This document shows, piece by piece, positions 43,347 through 54,253 of a stretch of 64,000 nucleotides of DNA. The first letter of the stretch is position 1. Every line of letters starts with the position of its first letter. The stretch lies in the NCBI GenBank assembly GCA_965218975.1, contig OZ244717.1, positions 384,001 to 448,000 on the forward strand, read 5' to 3'. The translations under genes were made by a program, and so were the position numbers. This DNA is from Candidatus Oxydemutatoraceae bacterium (GTDB taxonomy: Bacteria > Pseudomonadota > Gammaproteobacteria > Poriferisulfidales > Oxydemutatoraceae). A model generated the notes under the pieces. It had not been told where the DNA came from. It saw only the letters and a list, made by a program, of their open reading frames with translations, and searched no databases.

Positions 43347-44150
43347 ATGACTTCTAGGATGCGCAACACTCTGTATCAATTCCACAGTGATTCTGGTGCA
43401 CCATTGGATGCTCATTTCGAGATACAAGAAGGGCAACTAGTTCTACATTCGCGTGGTGGCGCTATTGGTACACCGCATGCAAGAAATACAGAATACGGCC
43501 AAGCATTACGTATTCTCCTTACAAGAATTGAGAAATTTAACCTGAAGCTAGCTGGTGTGTGGGTTGACAGCAAGCGGGTCCAAAGTCTACCAATGGAGAA
43601 GAGGTCAATACTCAATCCCGAAGACACTAGGAACTCACCTTCTGTGTTGTTTACGATGTTATCGAACAGAATGGGCGTTGTAGGCCGCGGACCAAATGTT
43701 CGAAGCAAATTTGGAAATTCAAACAAAAAACTTCGTTTTTCTTTTGCAGAAAATCTGTCTGATGAGAAAATCACTCTGATTGCAGGTTGGGGAGAAAACA
43801 ACAAGGACGCACTGATCTACAAAGCAGTTCCTCTATGCCCCAATGATCAAGAATGGGCCGAAGGGCGACCAAGGCTTGTAACACACCTCAGACGTGAACG
43901 TGGTTCGGGGCTCGCCTTGGCAAAAAAGGCGAGATTTAAATTCGAGCATGGTCGGTTGTTTTGTGAACGCTGTGGACTAGACCCTGCTAAAGTTTATGGC
44001 TCTGATGTCGGTGATGCATGCATTGAAGTGCATCACAAACTGCCAGTAGCCAACATGCTGACAGTGCACAAGACAAGACTGGAAGATCTAGTGTGCTTAT
44101 GCGCAAACTGTCACCGAATCACTCATCGTGAACTTCAGAATGAAGATTAA
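43347..44150 (+). CDS. HNH endonuclease (McrA-like C-terminal domain)
   Basis: CERCG, IEVHHKLP, LVCLCANCHR. Confidence 0.85.
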   Translation: MTSRMRNTLYQFHSDSGAPLDAHFEIQEGQLVLHSRGGAIGTPHARNTEYGQALRILLTRIEKFNLKLAGVWVDSKRVQSLPMEKRSILNPEDTRNSPSVLFTMLSNRMGVVGRGPNVRSKFGNSNKKLRFSFAENLSDEKITLIAGWGENNKDALIYKAVPLCPNDQEWAEGRPRLVTHLRRERGSGLALAKKARFKFEHGRLFCERCGLDPAKVYGSDVGDACIEVHHKLPVANMLTVHKTRLEDLVCLCANCHRITHRELQNED

Positions 44151-44194
44151 CTAAGTCCGAGTGCCGTGAAGCGACCTACTAGTAGAATTCGCAG

Positions 44195-45325
44195 ATGCAA
44201 AAAACGCAAGCTTATCCCGTCGTAGATATTTTTGCTGGCCCAGGCGGGCTTGGTGAAGGTTTTTCGTCTGTACTTGGCGAAAACGATCATCTCCGTTTCC
44301 GTAATATCATCTCTATTGAGCACGACAAATTCTCTTACAAAGCACTACATCTTAGACACTTCTACCGTTCATTTTTCCCTAGCAATATTCCTGAAGAGTA
44401 TTACGGTTATTTGCGAGGCGACATAGAAGCCGATGAGTTATTCTGCCTATATCCGGCTCAGTTTGAAGCAGCTAATAAAAGCGTATTGAAAATTTCCCTT
44501 GGCCGCCGGCCAGTGCTTGACTTCGTCGGCAGCGCCACGATCAAGGCGTCTCCTGCGACTGTCGCGGCAGTGATGCGCGCGACGCTGGACTTTGACCTCG
44601 CCGCTCAACGAACGTGCCCGACATGGACCGATGCGCTGCGGTTGTTCATCCGACAGGCCGACGAGGCCGGTGTCTTCGTCATGGTAAGCGGCGTCGTGAT
44701 GAGCAACAACCACCGCCGCCTCAATCCGGCCGAGTTTCGCGGCTTCGCGTTGTCCGACTCCCTGGCGCCGCTGATCTTTGTCAACGGCGCCGACACCAAA
44801 GCAGCACAGATGTTCACGCTTGCTCATGAACTCGCGCACATCTGGCTGGGAGCGTCGGCTCTATCGGACATTGGCGCCGTGCCGATGCGGGGCTTCCAAC
44901 AAGAGGAAGTGTGGTGCAACGCGGTAGCGGCGGAGCTCCTCGTGCCGCTTGACGCATTGCGAGCGGAGCTGCTAGCCGACGAGCCCGTAGCCGATGCCCT
45001 GCCACGGCTGGCACGCACCTTCAAAGTCAGCTCATTGGTTATTCTGCGGCGCTTACTGGATGCGAACTGGCTAACGCGCGAGCGTTTCGACGATGCTTGG
45101 GCACAAGATATCAAGCGCCTGCGGACCTTCGTTCAAGGCGGCAGCGGGGGCGGCGCTTTCTATCGCACGACGCTGGCGCGTGTGAGCCGGCGGTTCGCCC
45201 GCGCATTGGTTATGAGCACGCTTGAAGGGCAGACCCTCTATCGGGACGCCTTTCGCATGCTCGGCGTGTCTAGGACTGAGACCTTCAACAATCTCGGGCA
45301 CGAAGCCGGGGTGAAGCTGAGGTGA
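44195..45325 (+). CDS. Chimera: N-terminal ~100 aa of a C5-cytosine methyltransferase fused to an ImmA/IrrE metallopeptidase
   Basis: VVDIFAGPGGLGEGF (MTase motif I); FRGFAL...IFVNGAD..AAQMFTLAHELAH, E.WCN..AAE; GC rises abruptly near 44500. Confidence 0.8.
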   Translation: MQKTQAYPVVDIFAGPGGLGEGFSSVLGENDHLRFRNIISIEHDKFSYKALHLRHFYRSFFPSNIPEEYYGYLRGDIEADELFCLYPAQFEAANKSVLKISLGRRPVLDFVGSATIKASPATVAAVMRATLDFDLAAQRTCPTWTDALRLFIRQADEAGVFVMVSGVVMSNNHRRLNPAEFRGFALSDSLAPLIFVNGADTKAAQMFTLAHELAHIWLGASALSDIGAVPMRGFQQEEVWCNAVAAELLVPLDALRAELLADEPVADALPRLARTFKVSSLVILRRLLDANWLTRERFDDAWAQDIKRLRTFVQGGSGGGAFYRTTLARVSRRFARALVMSTLEGQTLYRDAFRMLGVSRTETFNNLGHEAGVKLR

Positions 45326-45329
45326 TGAG

Positions 45330-45836
45330 ATGACCGACTATCTTCTCAATGCAAACGTCTTCATTCAAGCCAAGAATCTGCACTACGGCTTTGATTTCTG
45401 CCCCGCATTCTGGGACTGGCTGGTCAAGCAGAACCACACGGGAAAGGTTGCGGGCATTGAGAAAGTCGCTGACGAGCTCCACGCCGGCGAAGATGAATTG
45501 GCGACCTGGGCAAGGGAACGGGACGACGACTTCTTTCTGAGGCCGGATAGCGCTGTTGTGCCCGCGCTCCGCACCGTGAGTGATTGGGCAAGCGACAGTG
45601 GGTACCAGCCTGCTGCCGTCTCTACGTTCCTACAGGTCGCCGACTACTGGCTTGGCGCGCATGCGCTCGCTCACAGCTGCACTATCGTCACTCACGAAAT
45701 ACCTGCTGACACTATTCGCAAAATCAAGATCCCAGATGCCTGCATTGGCCTCAGTCTCCACTGCATGACTCCCTATGAGATGCTCCGTCGTGAACGAGCG
45801 AGATTCGTCTTGGGGCCGGGCAGAGAAATCGCCTGA
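45330..45836 (+). CDS. DUF4411 (PIN-like) protein
   Basis: YLL(N)ANVFIQAK, FWDWL, AD.WL, IVTHE, KIPDAC; first PIN Asp is Asn here; followed by only 11 nt of hsdR before the IS. Confidence 0.8.
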   Translation: MTDYLLNANVFIQAKNLHYGFDFCPAFWDWLVKQNHTGKVAGIEKVADELHAGEDELATWARERDDDFFLRPDSAVVPALRTVSDWASDSGYQPAAVSTFLQVADYWLGAHALAHSCTIVTHEIPADTIRKIKIPDACIGLSLHCMTPYEMLRRERARFVLGPGREIA

Positions 45837-45846
45837 TGGCTGGTTT

Positions 45847-47763
45847 CTTGACTTCGTAGGTTTTGACCTAGGGCAAGAAATAAATCCCTTATTTATTATA
45901 GAGTTAGCAAGCCTCCGCCGAAAAACCCCGTTGTAGTGCCCTCAGGCTTGTTTTATCTTGGATTTTGGGTTATCATTCGGGTCTATGTACCTGCGTGAAA
46001 AATATGATCCCGAACGCGGCCGCACTCGCTTGCAGATTGTGCGCTCCGTGCGCACTGCCGATGGTCCCCGTCAGCGTGTGGTGCGGCATATCGGCACTGC
46101 CGACAGTCCCGAGCAGCTTGCATCTTTGCGCAAGCTCGGCGAGGTCACCTTGGAAGAGCTGCGCCAAGCCGGCACGGCACAGCAGTCGCTGTTCACACCG
46201 AAGCAGTACGCGGACCTGGCAGCTAAGGCACGGCGTGCGCCGCGTCCGGCGTGCTTCGGGGCAGATTTGTCCGAATATCGTGAGGAAGCGCGGCTGATGC
46301 TTGGGGTGCGCGAAGCGTTCGCACAGATTTATTCGCACATCGGATGGAACCAGGTGTTGGGCGCGCGCCGGACCGCAGCCAACCGCATCCTGCGCGAGCT
46401 GGTACTGACACGTATCGCACAGCCCCAGAGCAAGCGTGCCACAGTGTGCGGATTGGAACGAAGCAGCGGCGTTTCGCTCAATCTCGACCGGGTTTACCAG
46501 ACTATGGACCACCTTGAGGAGGCAGTGATCGCACGCATCCGGGAACAGTCTCATCAGGCGGCACAGAAGTTGTATGATCAGCCCCTCAAGGTGTTCTTCT
46601 TTGATTGCACGACCCTGTACTTCGAGAGCGAGCAAGAGGACCCGTTGCGCGCAAAGGGCTACAGCAAGGACGGCAAGCCGCACCGCTGCCAGGTGTTGCT
46701 CGCACTGATGACGACCTGCGACGGTCTGCCGGTAGACTACGCATTGTTGCCGGGCAACACCTTTGAGGGCAAGACCTTGATGCAGGCGGTGACAACCCTG
46801 CGCCGGCGACATCCCGGTGCCGTATTCACGGTGGTAGCCGATGCGGCGATGCTAAGCCGCGAGAACCAGGCATTCCTGCAGGAGCAGGGCTTGGCCTATT
46901 TGCTCGGCTATCGTCTCAAGTCGGCCCCAGCCAAGATCAAGCTGCAGGCCCTCAGTACAGCAGACGATCAAGGCTGGCTCAAAACGCAGGACCTGCGTTA
47001 CCGGATGATTCGCGCCGGCGTGCACGCAAGGATCAAGAAGTTCGGGAACGCATATTGGCACAGTTGCGCCGGAAGTATCAACGCAGCGAGCGCCCGGCAG
47101 GTTTCGTGGCGCGCGGCTATGCCTGTTACTTAAGCTTTCCTGCAAAGGGCCGGGTTAAGATTGATGCGGCTAAGGCAGCCGATGCGGCGCGTTGGGACGG
47201 CCTGCGCGCAATCATCGCGTACAGCAACGAGGAGACGGCGCCAAAGGAGTTGCTGTTGCAGTACCGTCGGTTGTGGGAAGTAGAACATTGCCAGAACCCA
47301 AAGCGGATGCACCAACAAGCATGACCTTTGCATCCGCCCGATCTTTCACTGGAAGCCGCGGCGCATCCGGGCGCATCCGGGCGCATATTGCGATCTGCTA
47401 CATGGCCTTCTGCTGCTTGCAGCAACTGCGCCGATGGCTTAAGGCGCTGGGCTTTCCGATGAGTGCGGAGCGGACCCGGCGCGAGCTCGACACCTTGCAG
47501 TTGAGCATCTTGGTACATACCGACACACAGAAGCGGTATGCGATGCCGAGCCGCGCGAGCGCGGACGCCAACAGGATCTACCGTAGTGTCGGGCTGAAAT
47601 GGGACGAAGCGCCGTTCCCGCTTCCCGGCAAGTCACGTCCTGGGGGAAGCTGAGCGCAGAGGGCTACAAACAACACCGTAATGTAGTGCCCTTGAGAATC
47701 ATGAAGGCAATGGCACAATCATTCCTGGGCAATCACTTACGAGCCAAAACCTACGAAGTCAAG
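45847..47763 (+). mobile_element. Second IS1634-family copy, transposase frameshifted
   Basis: Same terminal IRs as 33712-35623; ORF broken near 47010 and 47290; flanks do not match each other. Confidence 0.9.
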
Positions 47764-47954
47764 AGGTCTCAACAGCTTTCGTGAAATGCTTTCTCGCTTG
47801 TAGTGAGCGGGATAGTTGGGTGTGGTACTGGAAAGGGGAAGCTACCACCTACTTGATTTGTAGAAGTTCAGATTTGATTTAATAGCTACCGGCTCGATGG
47901 CGTAACTGTCAGTTAAAGTCCAGTGTGCAAGTTGCTACATTTCAGTGACGTAGG

Positions 47955-49223
47955 CTAACTCACGTTGCCGTGATTTAATCGAAAGCCAGGGTACACAAAC
48001 GCACTTGAGATCCGCTCGCAATCCTGTTCTGTAATGCCCTCGGCCCTTGCGATGTTGTACCAGCGGTCGCGCACAATCTGCTCCATGGCTCGGATCGTAG
48101 TGTCGGCATCATCACGATCTAGTAGAAATCGTGGGTGTTGTGATAACAGGTTGTTGACGTTTGCATAGCACCCTAAATCGCCACAGATGAGGGCAAGATC
48201 GCGTCGTTCGGTGCTGACGGGCATCGATGGGATCAAGTCATAGGCGGGTGACAACCCCCAGTCCGCATCCAGTGCGATGATGGCGTGATTTCGAGGATGA
48301 TCGTCCGTATTCGAGATCAACGCATTGAAGCACATCCGCCGGAAGAGTTCCTGAGCATCTTGTTGCGGCCGTGACGAGATTCGCCGCAGTTCTTCGACCA
48401 GCAGGATGTAGGACCATTTGTCCCGGTCTACATGAGAATCATCTGCGCGTAGTATTGTCAGGGCACTCAATAGTCGCGCACGGCGATAACCCGTTGCAAC
48501 TTTAGCACGATCAAAGCGCTTGACCATCAACACATCACGGCCACCAACCGTCTCGACGCGACTCTCCGCTGTCTGCAGACCGCATTCACGGGCAAGCATT
48601 AGCATTGAGTGCTCGACACGGGCGTGATTCCAGCGGTCCTCCGGGTGATTGAATTTCGCAACCCACAGGCTGTCATCATCTTCTATGACAGCTTTCGGGC
48701 GTGCACCTCCCATGGACGTGCCGGCGAGCAGTAATGCTTCAGCTTGTTCAGCGTTCGCATTGGCTGGCAGTTCTTCATCAGCAATGATTGCATCTGCCAG
48801 TCGCTGTAACTCGGCCAAACCCAGGGTGCGGGAGAATCTTCGCCGCGGCGCCGGCGGTTCCCGATTCAGGCCGAAGCTCATGGCACCGGTGCGGTCTTCC
48901 GGCGAATAAAGCAAGTAATCAAGTTCACTGAGATTCGCTTTGCCGGAATGTTTTTCGATTACCCGCCGGCCCCAGTAATCCGGACCCGCGTCGCGGAGTG
49001 CTCCGAAAATGCCTTTGAGCCGTCGCGTCTCGAATGTTTCGGTCGTGAGTTTGAGTTCGATCGGATCGATGGCGACGGCATTCGCGCGCCCGAGGTAACT
49101 TTGCCCATAGACGAATTTGCCGATCGGATATCTGTGCCGGTCAGTGGTGAGCACGAACTTTCCGGCCGTTACGAACCCCGTCTCGCCGGGCAGCACAATG
49201 TACACGTAGCACTCGCCGTTCAT
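47955..49223 (-). CDS. hipA: HipA-family kinase toxin
   Basis: PDYWGR, SMGGARPKA, WVAKF, VKRFDR, NTDDHPRNH, LSPAYD. Confidence 0.9.
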   Translation of the reverse strand: MNGECYVYIVLPGETGFVTAGKFVLTTDRHRYPIGKFVYGQSYLGRANAVAIDPIELKLTTETFETRRLKGIFGALRDAGPDYWGRRVIEKHSGKANLSELDYLLYSPEDRTGAMSFGLNREPPAPRRRFSRTLGLAELQRLADAIIADEELPANANAEQAEALLLAGTSMGGARPKAVIEDDDSLWVAKFNHPEDRWNHARVEHSMLMLARECGLQTAESRVETVGGRDVLMVKRFDRAKVATGYRRARLLSALTILRADDSHVDRDKWSYILLVEELRRISSRPQQDAQELFRRMCFNALISNTDDHPRNHAIIALDADWGLSPAYDLIPSMPVSTERRDLALICGDLGCYANVNNLLSQHPRFLLDRDDADTTIRAMEQIVRDRWYNIARAEGITEQDCERISSAFVYPGFRLNHGNVS

Positions 49224-49231
49224 TCGACGAT

Positions 49232-49573
49232 CTAGAAATCGTTGTCCAGGCTTTCCGGTTGGCGGGCTCGAGCACGCTTGCGGTGCAGGGTGAGCGCTAG
49301 CCCCTCCTTGTCGAGTGCCGGATCTGCAATCTCTCTCAAGGCTTCCAGCAGGTCATACGCCCAAAGCAGCGCAATGTAGACTGCAACTCCGGTCGAAGGC
49401 TTGCCTTGCTCGGCATTGGACACTGGGCGCGGACCAGTACCGATCTTCTTGGCAACGTCCTGGATCGTGAGGTTCCTCTGGAGCCTTGCAGTTCGCAGGT
49501 TGGCACCTAATTGTTTCAGCACCTGTTCCACGGGATAGGGGGGTGCGGTTGTCAATGTGTTTCTAGCGGTCAT
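49232..49573 (-). CDS. XRE-family HTH antitoxin (HipB-like)
   Basis: LGANLRTARLQRNLTIQDVAKKIG...EQGKP; immediately upstream of hipA. Confidence 0.85.
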   Translation of the reverse strand: MTARNTLTTAPPYPVEQVLKQLGANLRTARLQRNLTIQDVAKKIGTGPRPVSNAEQGKPSTGVAVYIALLWAYDLLEALREIADPALDKEGLALTLHRKRARARQPESLDNDF

Positions 49574-49938
49574 ATGCTCTCAACTACCTCTGATGCAGGT
49601 TAACATGCTCTTAACAGCATACCTACTTTTGGCAGAGAAGCAAGCCTGTCTGCTCTAAAGAGCATACTAAAGCGGTTAAAAGCTTTTAAATACACATGAA
49701 TCCAATGAAGCATTCGTCCTGCGGACTAGGATGCAGGGCCCCTTCCTTGACTGGTGTTCACCCCATAAACTAGTCCATAGCGTTTGCGAAAGCTGCCATG
49801 ATAATCCCTAGAATGGGGATGAGGGGCATGGTTAAGTATGTCTGGTAGTGACAAAGATAATTGATGAAATAATATTATTCTTATAGTAGTCTTAAATTTT
49901 AAGATAAGCGTAATATTTATTTACATAGGAAATATTGG

Positions 49939-50889
49939 ATGGAATATACAAACCAACAACTTCTAAACTACGTCAACCGTATTAAGCTCACTCAGGAAAA
50001 AAATCGTCTTACACACAACAAATCGACAATTTGAAAGAAAACGTTCTCAAAGCCATCAATGGCATGGTAGAACACTAAAGTCATAAAAGTCAAAAGAGCA
50101 GGCTCGTGGAAGAAAGGTACGGCTTTGGCACCGAAGGAGTACCATCCACTTGATATTGACATGATTTTCTACCTGGATGTTGATGATGATACCTCCTTTG
50201 ATGCCAAAGAACTCCGGGATGAAATTATTGACGTGCTCTGTGAAGCATATCCAAACAAAAAAAGATCAGACTTTACCGATGGTCAAAAAACTATCGGTGT
50301 TGTCTTCGGGGGCACTGGGCTTGAGGTTGATATTGTGCCGTTTATCCCAGAAAAAAGTAATACGACATATGGCAGGCAGCCCCGAAAAAAACTCAATTCG
50401 GGTGAGTTTAAAACCAGTGTTGATAAGCAATTGGATTTTATAAGCAAAATAAAAGACAAGCACCCGAATTTCACGTCTGTCGTCCGTCTCCTTAAAAGTT
50501 GGAGGAACTATCAGGAGCTGGAGCTATCCTCTTTCTCCATTGAACTTGCAGTAGCACACTTGATTTCTGAGGGCAGGATATCTGCTTCTTCGATAAACCG
50601 AGCTATCACAATGTTCTTCGAGTTTTTTGGGAACGATAGTGCCATACAGGTGTATTTCACTGGTGCTATTGGAGCAAAATCAAGCACATCCCCTTGGATA
50701 GCAGACCCAACAAACAATGAGAACAATACTGTTAGGTTATCAGACAGTGAATGGAACGAGGTTATAGAAGTGGCCGAGCTTGGCTTCGAAACAATTTCTT
50801 ATGCACAGACTGTGCAAGAAACTGGAAAAACATTGGATCTATGGAAAGAAATTTTTTGTCCAAGTTTCAACGTACAGGAGCAATATTGA
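49939..50889 (+). pseudogene. CBASS CD-NTase (cGAS/DncV-like), two frameshifts in the 5' part
   Basis: Reconstructed RAGSWKKGTAL...DIDM, EVDIVP, RLLKSWR, LSSF.IEL, IADP.N.ENN; slips at A7 run 49997-50003 and near 50068. Confidence 0.85.
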
Positions 50890-51370
50890 TGGGTACCATG
50901 ACGCAAACCTATACCCGAACAGATATTCGTAAGGTTTTCGAACAATTTCAGGCAGATTTACAAATGCTTGCAGTAAGAACGCAAGCAATGGAATTCAACC
51001 ATGCACAGGAGGGCGGCTACGATGTATACCTGATGGCCCGAGAAGAGTGTTTGACGCAGGTTCACATACAATTGCGAGATTCTTATGGAAATCTGGTAAG
51101 AGTTCATCGATATACCGTTCATAGAGACAGATTATTAGGCACCCAGCGACCAGGTGGGAATGGATGGCCATGTTTGCCTAACGGCACACTAAGCGTACTT
51201 GTTACACCCTCTGATCAACAAAAGCTAGAAAAGCTTAAAAAATCGGGGCGTTGAAACTAAGTTGGGGTCCTTCATCCTTGTCAACCGACTATCCTGGAAT
51301 GCGAAATGATAGGCCCAGACTTTATTCTAGCCAAAGCTATGGGCTACAGCGGGATTCATTTGTGAATTAG
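50889..51370 (+). pseudogene. Bacterial HORMA-domain protein (Cap7-like), frameshift near 51250
   Basis: MGTMTQTYTRTDIRKV...ADL; shifted C-terminus LKLSWGPS...YSSQSYGLQR; lies between CD-NTase and TRIP13. Confidence 0.75.
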
Positions 51371-51383
51371 ATAGGACAAGATC

Positions 51384-52274
51384 ATGCAACAAGATACATT
51401 TGATGCTCAGCAAGAGCTCCCTTCACAAAAGCTAGAAAATATTGCTACAACACTCATTGACTTTGAGAGGCACTATGAAAAGTTGAAAAATCATTGGATG
51501 CTAGTGCTAATGCCCGATCGTGTTGATGGTTGGAGTAAAAAATACCACAAACAAATAATTCCCTTATGTGAAGTGGTCCAACAAAGATACCCGCTTTTCC
51601 TTTTTAGCGGTGATGTTGGGACGGGAAAAACTGTCACAGCTGAGTGCGCTGCAAATCGGCTGACTATGGACATGAAGAAGGAAGGATATCTGCTCAAAAT
51701 GAGCACCCGTGTAAGAGGAAAGGGATTACATGGAGAGATGAGCCAACTTATACAGGATGCGTTTGAAAATCTAAAAATCCAAGCAGGCAAAAAGCGTTTG
51801 TCCTTTTTATTGATAGATGAGGCAGACTCCATTGCATCGCTTAGGTCAACCGAGCAAATGCATCAGGAGGAAAAAGCGGCCGTGAACACCTTGATACAAA
51901 AGATTGACAACATACGTCAAGCTGGTGGCCGCGCAGTTGTGTTTCTATGCACAAATCGAGCAAGCGTCATAGATCAAGCTATCATCAGGCGCGCTGCACT
52001 ACACATCGAGTTTACCCGCCCAAATAAAAAGCAGTGCTTAGAATTGCTGAGACGTGATCTCGAAGGAATAAATCTGACAACTAAAGAGATGAATGAGCTG
52101 GCGTCACTGACATCAGCAGGTGGATATTATGGAGACAGCGGGTATACGTATTCAGACTTCCGCTTACGTTATTTTCCGGAAGCACTTGCACGTGCCTTTC
52201 CAGATCAAGGGTTGACATTTGATATTCTCAAGGAAACGGCATTGGCTATGAGACCAAGCCCGCGGGTTGACTGA
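51384..52274 (+). CDS. TRIP13/Pch2-like AAA+ ATPase (Cap6)
   Basis: GDVGTGKT, RVRGKGLHGEM, LIDEADS, QMHQEEKAAVNTLIQ, TNR, RRA. Confidence 0.88.
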   Translation: MQQDTFDAQQELPSQKLENIATTLIDFERHYEKLKNHWMLVLMPDRVDGWSKKYHKQIIPLCEVVQQRYPLFLFSGDVGTGKTVTAECAANRLTMDMKKEGYLLKMSTRVRGKGLHGEMSQLIQDAFENLKIQAGKKRLSFLLIDEADSIASLRSTEQMHQEEKAAVNTLIQKIDNIRQAGGRAVVFLCTNRASVIDQAIIRRAALHIEFTRPNKKQCLELLRRDLEGINLTTKEMNELASLTSAGGYYGDSGYTYSDFRLRYFPEALARAFPDQGLTFDILKETALAMRPSPRVD

Positions 52275-52275
52275 A

Positions 52276-52812
52276 ATGCAGGATAGTAATGTCCAGTCAG
52301 ATGAGGTACTCCTTAAAAAATTAAGAAGAAAGGCGGAACTTTGTCGATTTGCTCACTCGGAAGAAAAAGAAAAATTCAAACGGAATCGAAATTAGAAAGA
52401 ATTCACCGTTGTTTTGTTTTCTGTAATTTCAGCCGCATTGCTCGGATTTTATTTTCGAGGAATGCTGAAAGGTGATTTGGTGTTGTTAATAATTTTTATC
52501 TTATCTCTTGTCATAACGTTGTTACAGGGTCTGGGCCATACAGTATTTCAATGGACACACAAGCTAGCACGGCACGAATCAGCAGTTGCAATTTGGGGAG
52601 GTTGGATTAGGGAAGCAGATTTTTTTGAGAAGCGTATCCACCAGTATTCAAGTGTGGCGAACGAAAAGATGCAAAACTTACAAGAAAAATATAGTAGTTG
52701 TATGAGTAGTACAGAACAAATACCGAACAGCAAGTTCCTCAAATACAAAAAGAAATTCTACCAGTATAAGTCTCAGTCCAAAATTCTTGATCAGACGATT
52801 AGAGATCGGTAA
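52276..52812 (+). pseudogene. Two-TM (SLATT-like) putative CBASS effector, in-frame TAG at 52393
   Basis: ATG 52276 is in frame with ORF 52414; RFAH motif, two hydrophobic helices, short basic C-terminus. Confidence 0.6.
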
Positions 52813-52817
52813 ATAGA

Positions 52818-53648
52818 ATGAAGACCAGTGAAGATCCGACAGTTGCACAAATGGAAAAGTTGCAGTTTGTCGAGCTTCTTGCCTATTTCCATGGTGCTAT
52901 AAATCGCGAAGACCTTATAAATAGATTCGGTATATCTAAGGCATCGGCAACCAATGTATTGGCTGCCTATAACCGAATGGCGCCTGAAAACCTAAGGTAT
53001 GACATACGCCTCAAACGTTATGAGATCAGTAATGTTTTTAAACCTGTTTTCAATGTCCGCATACTGATTGAGCGTATCCCAGTGTACACAATGCCGAAGT
53101 TACATAAACCGGCTGATGATGAAGCAATTGAAAGAATTGCTTTGATATCAAGAGCAATTCAGAGAACACAATTGCTGATGATCACCTATACTTCAGCTAC
53201 TAGTGGAATAAGTACAAGGTAGATTATTCCTGTTGCGTTTGCTGATAATTTGCTTCGATGGCATTTGCGTGCATACGATAGAAAACGGGAAAAGTATGTC
53301 GATTTTGTTTTCGCAAGAATTCGAAAAGTTAATCTGATTAAACATGATGCTATCGAGCATCATGAACACCCGGATAATGACAAGCAGTGGCATTCGTTCG
53401 TTGAGTTGAAAATAAAAGCACACCCACATAATTTGGTTGATACTCAGTCATTTGATATGGGGAATGATATTCATTGTGTCAGGATGCGTGCTGCCATGGC
53501 TGGTTATTTTCTTAAGCTTTGGAATGTTGATTGTTCACAAGATGCAAGTTTGAGAGGGAAAGAATATCAGTATATGTTAGAAAATATGACAGAAGTCTCC
53601 GAAGTGGCGGATTTAGAGTTAGCTCCGGGGTATGCCAGAGAAACTTAA
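52818..53648 (+). pseudogene. WYL-domain regulator (CapW-like), in-frame TAG at 53220
   Basis: GAINREDLINRFGIS...A wHTH; RWHLRAYDR...DFVFARI; RAAMAGYFL..WNVDCS. Confidence 0.82.
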
Positions 53649-53727
53649 CGCTCATGTCTATGAATCACACACATAAAGTCTGGTCCAGTTTTTGCGGAGA
53701 ACACCACGTAACTAGACAGGGGTAACA

Positions 53728-53985
53728 ATGAGTAAAGACGACAACATGATCCCGTTCTACAAAAACCACGGATTCATCGGTGAATGGTCGAATGTTATTG
53801 AGAGCACATACGACCTACTCAGAATCCTAGAATATTGCGTTTCAAACGAGATGAATTACACCCCTGAGGCCAAGCAACAGATCCAAGAACTCATCGACTG
53901 GTTACGTGCGGCGGCGAATGATGAGGGAAAACTGACCGCCGCATCTAACCAACCCGGGTTTAGAAATGTACATAAAGAACGGTAA
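53728..53985 (+). CDS. Hypothetical protein
   Basis: 85-aa ORF with purine-rich upstream region; no recognised motif. Confidence 0.35.
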   Translation: MSKDDNMIPFYKNHGFIGEWSNVIESTYDLLRILEYCVSNEMNYTPEAKQQIQELIDWLRAAANDEGKLTAASNQPGFRNVHKER

Positions 53986-54253
53986 GTTTCTTAATTTAAT
54001 CTTTCAGTACACCCCAGTACAATTTCTAGATTAAACTACTTATGTTGGTCTGGGCAAACATATTAAATCAACGAGAATTGTACTGAGTATTCTCCACTTC
54101 TACATAATTAGTAGGTCACTAGTTATTCCGGCTCTGAAGTACACACATATTCAATTAATCTATTCCGTAAACTTCTCTCATTGCTATTCCGTAAGCCCTA
54201 ATTTGGGTACACTCTCGGCACACTGCCCTGTTTTCGCTGCTTACGCTAAACTT

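Noticed and set aside
47764-47954. Possible group II intron or other element end after the IS
   Set aside because: No domain V motif and no reverse transcriptase nearby
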